DNA of 64,000 nucleotides from an uncultured cyanobacterium (GTDB lineage Bacteria; Cyanobacteriota; Cyanobacteriia; Cyanobacteriales; CAWCAG01), in contig CAWCAG010000009.1 in the NCBI GenBank assembly GCA_963793425.1, positions 928,001-992,000 of the forward strand. Reading direction: 5' to 3'. Under the pieces are notes generated by a model that saw only the letters and a program-made list of their open reading frames with translations, did no database searches and was not told the DNA's origin. Every line of letters starts with the position of its first letter. Positions within the stretch are counted from its first letter, which is position 1. Both the position numbers and the translations under genes were made by a program. Below are positions 49,334 to 58,703 of this stretch, piece after piece.

Positions 49334-51101
49334 ATGTCTAAATCTCCTTTACAACGCTTGCTAAGATATGGACGTAAGCACCGCCCTTTAATTTGGCAAG
49401 CTTTTATTTGTTCTATACTCAACAAAATTTTTGACCTTACACCGCCAGTCTTAATTGGGGCGGCGGTAGATGTGGTGGTGGAACAACAAGACTCTCTAGT
49501 GGCGAGTTTTGGCATCAAGGGGACTTTCGCCCAACTATTAATTCTTTCTGTACTGAGTTTCATTGTTTGGAGTTTAGAATCTGTTTTTGAATATGCCTAT
49601 TCCAAGTTGTGGCGTAACTTAGCGCAAAATATTCAACATGAAATGCGTTTAGATGCTTATAGTCATGTTCAAGACTTAGAATTAGCTTACTTTGAAGAGA
49701 GGAGTACAGGAGATTTACTCGCAATTATTAACGATGATGTTAACCAATTAGAAAGGTTTCTTGATGTTGGGGCAAACGATATCATTCAAGTTAGCACCGC
49801 CGTAATTATTATTAGCATTGTCTTCTTTATTCTTGCCCCTGGTATTGCTTGGATGGCGATGATCCCCATTCCTTTAATTATCTGGGGTTCAATTTATTTC
49901 CAAAAGCGTTTAGAACCTCTTTATGCAGATGTACGAGAAAAAGTTGGTGCAATTAATAGCCGTCTTGCTAACAATTTGAGTGGCATTACTACCATCAAAA
50001 GTTTTACCACTGAAGCTTATGAAATTGAGCGTTTACGACAGGATAGTGAAGCTTATCGCCAAAGTAATCGTCAGGCGATCGCAGTTAGTGCTGCTTTTAT
50101 TCCTTTAATTCGTTTGGTTATTTTAATTGGTTTTATAACTACCTTACTTTTCGGTGGTGTAGCGGCAGTTAATGGGGCTTTAGCCGTAGGAACTTATAGT
50201 GTTTTAGTCTTCATGACACAACGCTTACTTTGGCCCCTAACTTACCTTGGTAGGACTTTAGATTTATATCAAAGGGCTATGGCTTCTACTAATCGAGTTA
50301 TGAATCTTCTTGATACTCCCATTAATATTCCCTCCGGTAACATTGCTTTGCCTGTTAGTTCCGTGCAAGGGGAAGTTAATTTACAGGATATTACCTTTGC
50401 TTATCACGAAAGGCAACCCGTTGTTGCCCATCTTTCCCTATTTATTCCAGCAGGAAAAACCATCGCTATTGTAGGCGCTACAGGTTCTGGAAAAAGTACT
50501 TTGGTTAAGCTTTTGTTGCGGCTGTATGAGGTGCAAAAAGGAAAAATCCTTTTAGATGGCATTAATGTTAAAGACTTGCGCTTAAAAGACTTGCGCCGCG
50601 CCATTGGTTTAGTGAGTCAGGATGTCTTTCTTTTCCACGGTACGGTTAGGGAAAACATCGCCTATGGCTTCCCCACAGCCACCTTAGAAAAAGTTGTTGC
50701 TGCTGCCAAAATTGCCGAAGCCGAAGAATTCATCCACCAATTACCCCAAGGCTACGACACCATCGTCGGAGAAAGGGGACAAAAGCTATCTGGGGGACAA
50801 AGACAGAGAATTGCGATCGCCCGTGCCGTGTTGAAAAATCCTCCCATTCTTATTCTTGATGAAGCCACCTCTGCGGTGGATAACGAAACCGAAGCTGCCA
50901 TTCAACGTTCCTTAGAAAAGATTACCCAAAATCGCACCACTATTGCCATCGCCCACCGTCTTTCCACTATACGTAATGCCGATACTATTTATGTAATGGA
51001 AAAGGGTAAACTTGTAGAACAAGGACATCATGAGGAATTGTTACAATACTCAAGGTATTTATGCTAATTTCTGGCGAGTACAAACGGGAGTTAGAAATTA
51101 A
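49334..51101 (+). CDS. ABC exporter (fused permease/ATPase); extreme C-terminus shifted by one base near 51047
   Basis: [30 protein letters not shown]; the other frame continues [17 protein letters not shown]. Confidence 0.92.
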
Positions 51102-51159
51102 TACCAAATCGGTTTAGTGGCATAGGTTGTTTGTGAGGGTGGGGAGTAGGCGGTAGGGA

Positions 51160-51342
51160 TCAAACTGGTTTACATTTCCCGGCCCTAATTAAACCAACAC
51201 GACGAGCGATCGCTTCATCTTTACTATTAAAAGGACCCCATTTATCTTGCTCCTTAATAGCATTCTCATCTACCTCAGAAACTATGGAACAAGAGCCATT
51301 ATTTTGCTCTTTGATGATATACCAATTTTCTGAATTTTCCAT
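51160..51342 (-). CDS. Small conserved cyanobacterial hypothetical protein
   Basis: WYIIK..WGPF..EAIARRVGLIRAGKCKPV. Confidence 0.75.
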   Translation of the reverse strand: MENSENWYIIKEQNNGSCSIVSEVDENAIKEQDKWGPFNSKDEAIARRVGLIRAGKCKPV

Positions 51343-51485
51343 TACTTAGTTACTTCTAAAAACCACTTTCTTCGTGAATAATATACTGAATCTGGTATCA
51401 CTTATAGCGATCCCAGTCTGTCAAAATTCTAATTTTATCCCCATACTTACAGGGCAAAGTCTCTTTTGATAGTCTCTAACTGGTG

Positions 51486-52307
51486 TCAAAGTTGCTCTGG
51501 ATCTATACCTAGCTCTCGTAACCTAGTCGCCAACAGTTCCGCTCTAGCTTTTTCCTGCTCTGCTCTAGCTTTTTCCTGCTCTGCTCTAGCTTTTTCCTGC
51601 TCTGCTCTAGCTTTTTCTTCTTCTGCTCTTAGGCATTCTGAGTTTGCCCTCACTCTTTCAGTTTGAAACGCTTCATCTGGGGAAGGATAACGATTCCCCA
51701 GCTCATCGTACCAATACAACCATTCCCTTGTCCAGGTATTAAAATCTCTACGCTTTCTACCTATTCCTAATCCGATTTCTGGCAACCAGACTGGTTCCCC
51801 TTTTTGCCTTACATAGACCCCATTTTCTAAGCGATGTACTTCAAAGGAGTCTCCTTTACTTTTGTCCCCTTTGTCACTATGGTAGCGACCTCCATCGTAG
51901 ATAACGTAGTAGAGTATCCCCAACTGGGCATATTTGTCTTTTTTCTCTTCGTATTCCCCTCCATATTTCTGAGATACGCATTCTAATACCAAAGTAGGGA
52001 CGACGTAGTTTTCTGCCCACAATAGATAACTAATACGTCCATCTTGGTTGGGATTATTTACTGGTGTTTTCCTTTTTTTGACACCAATACTAAGAAACCC
52101 ATCTGGGGATATAGCTGGTTGGGCCGAGTCATAGTAGTAAGCTATGTCCATGCCAAAGAAGAAGTCTTCTCGCTGTTGCCAGATAAATAAGAGGATTTGT
52201 TGTAGTAGAAAAGGGACAGCCCTTTGTATTTCATTATCCACAGGTTTAAAGTCAACGCTGGGTAATTCTTCTGCTGTTGGGAGATGGGACAAATCGTACT
52301 GTAGCAT
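51486..52307 (-). CDS. Uma2 (DUF820) family endonuclease-like protein
   Basis: LPTAEELP, ISPDGF, LVLECVS..GGEYEEK and GILYYVIYD; coiled-coil tail. Confidence 0.9.
   Translation of the reverse strand: MLQYDLSHLPTAEELPSVDFKPVDNEIQRAVPFLLQQILLFIWQQREDFFFGMDIAYYYDSAQPAISPDGFLSIGVKKRKTPVNNPNQDGRISYLLWAENYVVPTLVLECVSQKYGGEYEEKKDKYAQLGILYYVIYDGGRYHSDKGDKSKGDSFEVHRLENGVYVRQKGEPVWLPEIGLGIGRKRRDFNTWTREWLYWYDELGNRYPSPDEAFQTERVRANSECLRAEEEKARAEQEKARAEQEKARAEQEKARAELLATRLRELGIDPEQL
51541..51624 (-). repeat. 21-bp tandem repeat x4 (EQEKARA heptads)
   Basis: GCTCTAGCTTTTTCCTGCTCT repeated. Confidence 0.9.
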
Positions 52308-52388
52308 GGCGAAAGCCCTCTAGATTTGACTTGCTATTTTATGTATTGTCGTGTTCTCAGTTTTAACTTTGTCTATTAGCAAAGTCTA

Positions 52389-53717
52389 CTATAATTCTTT
52401 CTTCTTATTTTCTGCTGATGTGATCATATTACGAGCATCTTCATACACCGTAGTTTGTGGTTTCACTTGCTCCAATTTATTAATAATAGAAAGTAGGTCA
52501 TTCGCTGTGGAATCGCGATTAGATTCATTAACAGTTTTCGGTAAATTGGTAATTAGATTCTGTGCCGACTGATAAGCTTGCACTGATTCTTCTTCATCCT
52601 GTTTACGAATGCGAATATTTCCTAACTCTGCCTCATAAGCTGCCAGCAACTTCTGGCTTTCAACATAGCCAGGATCTTCCGGGGGGACTTTTTCTAACAT
52701 TGCAGTTGCCTTACTTAACAAATTGGCGCACTCTTGCCAACGATTAGCAGAGTGTGCTGCATCAGGGCAACTTGTTTTCGCTTGGGCATGAAACTGTTGG
52801 GCAACGGCAACAGAATTGTTGGTGCGATCATTTCCTGCTACTAAACCAGATACTTGCTCAAAATCCCGTAAATAAGCTTCAGTTGCTGCCTCAGCTTGTT
52901 GCTTCGCTAAAGTATTGGGGGGAATTTGGTTGAGTTGATCAATACCTGCTTGCCATGTTGCGATCGCCTGTTGTTTTGTGGTGGTATCTTGCGCTTGTTG
53001 GTAAGTTTGTTTAGCCTGTTGAATATCTTGTTGCGCCTTTTCCCATTGCGTAAAAGCGTTTGTTTCCTGAAAAACTTTAGCCTCCATCCGCCCAATATTC
53101 GCCCTAGCAGTCTCAAACTCATCTAAGGTAAACTTCCAACCAAAATTAAACAAACTGCCATACATTTGCGGTTCATAACCCAAAAACCAAACAGGTAAAG
53201 CATCGAGATGTTTCTGTGCCTGGGTAACTTTTTCTTTACCTAATTCCAAATCCGCTGAACTTGTGGCATTATTGACTAACTGGTCTGCCTGTTCAACTTT
53301 CGCGATCGCCTGCCGATAATTATGATCCATGCTCAAATAACTGGGCAAGAGTAGAATCGGTGCAGTGTTAGCAACCGGGCGACGAATCATGGGATAGGGC
53401 AAATTCAACACCCAAATTAACCCAGCCAAGCCCCCTAAACCCAATGCTACTTGAGGAATCAGCCACAAAGGGCTAGAAGGGCGATTAGCATTGGCAGCTT
53501 TTTTAATGACTTGAGGATCGAAGTTAGGAAAAACATCGTTGATTAAGAAACTCAACTCTCTTTCTGTAACAGGTTGTCCTTGTTGAGAGTTTAATTTCTT
53601 TAATCGCTTCAGGACGACTTTTTGAGATACTTCTCCGGCGAGGTTATCTTCAGCCGCAACTTTAGTAATTTCGATAGCAAGAATGTTGTAGGCTTTGTTA
53701 TTGAGACGCACTGACAT
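52389..53717 (-). CDS. Membrane-anchored helical hypothetical protein
   Basis: One TM helix, LNLPYPMIRRPVA motif, long helical repeats. Confidence 0.75.
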   Translation of the reverse strand: MSVRLNNKAYNILAIEITKVAAEDNLAGEVSQKVVLKRLKKLNSQQGQPVTERELSFLINDVFPNFDPQVIKKAANANRPSSPLWLIPQVALGLGGLAGLIWVLNLPYPMIRRPVANTAPILLLPSYLSMDHNYRQAIAKVEQADQLVNNATSSADLELGKEKVTQAQKHLDALPVWFLGYEPQMYGSLFNFGWKFTLDEFETARANIGRMEAKVFQETNAFTQWEKAQQDIQQAKQTYQQAQDTTTKQQAIATWQAGIDQLNQIPPNTLAKQQAEAATEAYLRDFEQVSGLVAGNDRTNNSVAVAQQFHAQAKTSCPDAAHSANRWQECANLLSKATAMLEKVPPEDPGYVESQKLLAAYEAELGNIRIRKQDEEESVQAYQSAQNLITNLPKTVNESNRDSTANDLLSIINKLEQVKPQTTVYEDARNMITSAENKKKEL

Positions 53718-53796
53718 AGAAACAAACTCAATATTTCAAGTAGGATTAATTTATTTTACTCTTTTCCTACTCTTTTCTGCTTACTCCCTCCTTTGA

Positions 53797-56700
53797 CTAA
53801 TTAATTATTGTTAAAGCTTGATTCAAAAGTTCAGTAGCTTCATCCTTCTTTCCCGCTTCAATATATTTAGTAGCCAGATTGTTCAACCAACTTGCTTTAC
53901 TGGCATTATTAGGCATAAATTCAACTAATTGTTTTGCCACATCCAACTTTTCTTGGGCTACTAAATCAAAAATTACATTACCCAAGGCAAGGGATTCTTG
54001 TTCATCAAAAGATTGGACAATTTCTTTCGCTTTATCTATCTCTCCTTGTTGAGCGAAATAAGCGGCAATATTGGCTAAAACCACATCCTTGTATTGGTCT
54101 TCAATTGAGTTAGCTATTGCCATCCCTTGCTCAATTTCTCCGACTTGAGCTAGTTTCGCAGCAACGCTAGATGAAGCCCAACTAGGATAATCTTTAATAG
54201 TTTTGGTTAATTGCAAGGCTTGCTCAATTTGCCCTTGTTCAATCCAAAAATTAGCAATTTCAGTAATAGCGCTAATTTGCTGATTTTCTTCTAAAGAACG
54301 AGCTAATTCTAAACCTTTATCTATATTACCTTCTTTAACCAAAGCAATAGCAATAGTCGCTAAAATTGACTGACTATACTGTTTATCCAAATCCCCTAAC
54401 ATTGACTTATCATAATTCAAGTCTAAAGATTGAGCCAACTGCAAAGCCCTTTCTGTATCTCCTGACTCGATTAACACCTTAGCAACCTCCTGGAAAACTA
54501 AAATCTGAGATCCTGCATTGAGAGATTCTGCCGTTTGCAAAGCCTCATCTACATTTCCGGCTTCAGCTTGGAAGATAGCAACTGCTTGCAATACTCCCTC
54601 CCTTAATCCAGAAACCACAATGGGATTCTCATCTTCTGGTTGAAAATCAAGCATTTCCACCACCTGCAAAGCAAAGTCAAATTGCTTTTCTGAGGCGAAG
54701 CTAGCACCAATACCTTGTAAAGCAAAGGCTTTAGAGTTATTATCACCAACGGATTGGTTTAAATATTGGGTTACTTCCATCCCTTTGTTGAACTGCTTTG
54801 CTTTGATTAACTCACCAGCAATTTGCCCCATAGCTACGGCTTTAACCGACTCATCTTCAATACTTTGCGCTATTGTTAAAGCACGGTTAAAATCTCCTTG
54901 AGTCCCCAAACCAATAACTACTCCCACTAAAATCTTAGCTTGAAAGGAAGCATCGTCTTTCCTTTCCGTCAATGCCAGTGCCTGCTCAACTTTTCCCGCT
55001 TCTACAAACTTACTCGCTATAATCGTTAATAAATCATCTTGATATTGGTCAACAGACTCAGCTAAAGCAAGGGATTGCTCAACTTCTCCTACTGCTGCTA
55101 ATTCTATAGCAATATCTCCTATAGTACGCCAGCGATAAGACTCATCAATAGATTGAGCGATTTCTAAAGCACGCTCAAAGTCACCTAACTTAGCAAAGTT
55201 AACAGCCGCTGTCCTTAATAAGTTAGCTGAAGCAGGGTTGTAGTAAGGAATTTCTACTGACTCGGTTAATTGTAAGGCTTTATCTACTTGTCCATCAACT
55301 GCTAACCCCTTAGCCATATTCGTAACAACCTGACTTTTAGCCTCATTGTTTTCTAGAGATTGCAGAATATCTATAGCTCTTTCAAAGTCTGTTAAAGCGA
55401 CTGTCTCAGCCACACCACCTATAACATAAATTCTTCGTCCTTCTGGGGATTGTTGAGCTAATTGCAGCGCCTCTTCTACCTTGCCTAAATCAGCTAATGC
55501 TTGAACAATGCGAATCAAAATTAGACTTTGATATTGCTCATCTTCTACCGATTGAGCTATCTCTTTCGCTTCATTAAGTTTACCAGCCTTAGTTAGTTGT
55601 GCTGCAACCTCCCTCAAAATATCTACTTTGTAATATTCATCCTCTAGCGACGCAGCAATTTCTGTTGCTTGCTTCAGCTTCCCTGCCTTAGCCAACTCAA
55701 TAGCAACTAAAGTTTCATCATATGAAGTCTCTGTAACACTAGCAACTTCTAAAGCCTTGTCAAAATCCCCTGCGATCGCTAACTCCTTAGCCACAGTCTC
55801 TGTAATAGATTGTTGTTGGTAACTAATAAATTGACCATCTTCAATCTGAACAGACTGAGCAATTTGCAAAGCCTGCTCAAGCTTACCTGCTTCAGTCAAA
55901 GCGTTAGCAATATTAAATAAAGCTCCACTACGGTAGTTGGGGGTATTCATTTCTTCTGCCACAACTTCCGCATCGGCATCTTCTTGAGTATAATCGGTTT
56001 GAATCAACTCAGCGATCTCAAGGGCTTGCTCAAACTTACCAGCGTTGGCTAAGGTAGTAGAAATATTAGAGAAAGTACGCCCCTGAAAAGAGCCTCTAGG
56101 CAAAGACTGAGCCAACTCAAGCGCCTGCTCAAACTTACCCATATGAGCTAAAGCCCAAGCCATCTGATCCAAAGTTTTCATTTGTTGGCTTGCTGTTAAA
56201 GTTTTGATTAACTGCAAAGCTTCTTCTAAAGCCCCTGTTTGAGCCAGAAGTACAGCTTGGTCTTGCTTATCTGCAACAGAGCGAGCAATTTGCAAAGCCC
56301 GTTCAACTTCTCCTGCTTCTGCCAAACTGCTAACAACCGCTCCCAAGCCTCTTACTGGCTTTTGCTCTTCTTCTGGTAAAGATGCCAAAACTTGCAAAGC
56401 CCGCTCAACTTCTCCTGCTTTTGCTAAATAGAAAGCTACTTCCTCTAAGGCATAAGCTTTTGAACTTCCAGTTTCCATGGAGTTAGCAGCTTGCAAAGCT
56501 AGATCAAATTTTCCTACCTTAGCAGCTTCTACAGCCATTAACTCTTGCAGCATCGTTGACTGTGCTTGATCTGTTTCCTTTCTCGATAAAACGCGCAATG
56601 CTTGCTCAAACTCTCCTTTTCCTACCAATGCACCGCTTATTTCTTGGAGAATGAAGCTTTCGTAATATTGATAATCAGGTGCTTGTGCTAATTCAGTAGT

Positions 56701-56820
56701 CTGCTGCTGAATTTGTCTTACTTCGGTTTCTAAATTAGTGTTAGTAGCGCTGAGGCTGGGTGAAGCAAATAGAAGGGAAGGAATAGCGAGTAAAGATAAA
56801 AGAGCTTTTTGAGTGTTCAT
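53797..56820 (-). CDS. Secreted alpha-helical repeat (TPR-like solenoid) protein
   Basis: Signal peptide; many LAxAGxxExALxIAQS repeats. Confidence 0.8.
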   Translation of the reverse strand: MNTQKALLSLLAIPSLLFASPSLSATNTNLETEVRQIQQQTTELAQAPDYQYYESFILQEISGALVGKGEFEQALRVLSRKETDQAQSTMLQELMAVEAAKVGKFDLALQAANSMETGSSKAYALEEVAFYLAKAGEVERALQVLASLPEEEQKPVRGLGAVVSSLAEAGEVERALQIARSVADKQDQAVLLAQTGALEEALQLIKTLTASQQMKTLDQMAWALAHMGKFEQALELAQSLPRGSFQGRTFSNISTTLANAGKFEQALEIAELIQTDYTQEDADAEVVAEEMNTPNYRSGALFNIANALTEAGKLEQALQIAQSVQIEDGQFISYQQQSITETVAKELAIAGDFDKALEVASVTETSYDETLVAIELAKAGKLKQATEIAASLEDEYYKVDILREVAAQLTKAGKLNEAKEIAQSVEDEQYQSLILIRIVQALADLGKVEEALQLAQQSPEGRRIYVIGGVAETVALTDFERAIDILQSLENNEAKSQVVTNMAKGLAVDGQVDKALQLTESVEIPYYNPASANLLRTAAVNFAKLGDFERALEIAQSIDESYRWRTIGDIAIELAAVGEVEQSLALAESVDQYQDDLLTIIASKFVEAGKVEQALALTERKDDASFQAKILVGVVIGLGTQGDFNRALTIAQSIEDESVKAVAMGQIAGELIKAKQFNKGMEVTQYLNQSVGDNNSKAFALQGIGASFASEKQFDFALQVVEMLDFQPEDENPIVVSGLREGVLQAVAIFQAEAGNVDEALQTAESLNAGSQILVFQEVAKVLIESGDTERALQLAQSLDLNYDKSMLGDLDKQYSQSILATIAIALVKEGNIDKGLELARSLEENQQISAITEIANFWIEQGQIEQALQLTKTIKDYPSWASSSVAAKLAQVGEIEQGMAIANSIEDQYKDVVLANIAAYFAQQGEIDKAKEIVQSFDEQESLALGNVIFDLVAQEKLDVAKQLVEFMPNNASKASWLNNLATKYIEAGKKDEATELLNQALTIIN

Positions 56821-57050
56821 TTTTTCTAAGGCTAGATACTCTGGTGGGATGAAGAATTGACTAGAAAAAGCTAATTAGTTTGAGGCTATTTCTGAAAAAC
56901 CATTTAACCTGATTTAGTCTCATGATAGTTTGGTTGTGAGAGAATCAAACTATTTATATGGCAGTCTTAACATCGTCATATTTACCAGATATAGACAAAA
57001 GTTGGAGATATTTATGTACAAAAAGATGCTGTTTTCAGCTTGTTTACTAA

Positions 57051-57885
57051 TATAGCAATTCTAAATGATTTGTGAAAAGGCAGTGAACTTATTTATATTG
57101 GGAAAGCTGAAAAGCTTGAATTCAACAAGAAGTTGAAATATTTGATTAACTATCTTAAAGTTTTTGCCAAAACGATAAAACTTTCGTAATAATGATTTCA
57201 ATTGTAGCCAGACTGCTTCTACCGGATTTTCTTCTGGGGCATAAGGTGCAAAAAGATGACAATCTATTTTCCATTTCTGTTTCTTTTTCAAGTATATTTA
57301 ATGCTCCATAATATGTTTGTCGGTTTCGGCTGTTTTCAATCTGTATTTTTACTCGTTCAATTGACTGCCCCCAAACCTGCCCACAAAGGTCATCTCCGAG
57401 TAAGTGGCATTCGTCAATTGCATATACAGCAATCTCTTGTGCTGCTTCAAATACCACATCATACTCTTCTATTAGATGAATCTCTAAATCTCCTATGTCC
57501 CAATAATCTTGACAAAGTATCCACTTAACTACTTCTTCTATTTCTTTCTCATTTAGCTTTTTTTTTGCACCTTTATATCCCAATTTTAATCCTTCTATTC
57601 CCTCTGCTTTAAATCTCTTCTTCCACTTACTTACAAACCCAGGAGATACGTTGATAATCTCTTTGATTGCACGATAAGCATAGCCTTGTAAGGCTAGTTT
57701 TACTGCTAATGCTCTCTTCATTTCTCTAGCATCAGGATGAATATCTAGGAATCTCTGCGATTTTTCTATCTGTTTTTCCACTACACTTTTAGGCTCTTCC
57801 ATTTCTAGATGCTTCTCTAAAGTATTGGTTTTATTTTATCTTTTTTTACGCAATCTATTTTTACATCTCAAATAGAATTGCTATA
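57051..57885 (-). mobile_element. Internally deleted IS630-family element
   Basis: TIRs TATAGCAATTCTAAATGA / TATAGCAATTCTATTTGA; HTH, IDECHL and APEENPVE fragments in two frames. Confidence 0.85.
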
Positions 57886-58584
57886 TATAGAAGTGAAAAC
57901 ATCTTCTTTAAAAGTTGTTAGTCTCTCGAACGTTGCTGCCACTTCCAGAGCCAAGTCAAATTGCTTCTCTCTTGCCAAGGCAACAGCAATTCCTTTTAGA
58001 ATCATGGCTTGGTTATCATCTAACTCTTCAACTGAATTAAATAAAGACTGGGTAACTTGCATTCCTTGGGTAAATTGCTGGGCTTCAATTAAATCCAAAG
58101 CAATCTGTCCTTTAGCTTGAGCTTTAGTCAAGTCATGTTCAAAACTCTCAGCTATCTCCAAAGCACGGTTTAAATCGCCAGTGGCGGCTAGCTTCCCCGC
58201 TATACCAATTAATATCTGACTTTGATGGTAAGGATGATAGGGAGGGTTTCTATTTCTAGTTAACTCCAGGGCTTCCTCAACTTGCCCTGCCACCACTAAT
58301 TCTTTAGCTATTTCCCCTACAGAAATCCAACTCAAACCTTCGTTGTAAGACTCATCAAGAAATTGAGCAATTTTTAAGGCGCGATCAAATTCTCCTAACT
58401 TCACGAAGTTAACCGCTATTTCCCCGAACAACTCGCTTAAATTGGGGTCATAGTCAGGAGTTTCTGCTAACTCAGCTAACTCTAAACCTTGTTCTAAGCT
58501 TATGTTGGCAAGGCTAATACTAGGTGAGAAAATTAGTAGAGAAGGAATGGTAAATAGAAATAAAAGAGATTTTAGATTATTCAT
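57868..58584 (-). pseudogene. Truncated paralogue of the 1007-aa repeat protein; ends inside the IS630 TIR
   Basis: Similar signal peptide and shared blocks (GDLNRALEIAES, QFTQGMQVTQ, EKQFDLAL); stop codon supplied by the TIR. Confidence 0.7.
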
Positions 58585-58703
58585 TAAACCTAATAATTTC
58601 GTTGCATTAATAAATTTTGCTTATGCGGTCAGTGAAGTTGCCAAATTCTACAATTAGGCTTGACAAAATACTTCTTCAGATAGTTGACTGATGTGTTTAG
58701 CAA

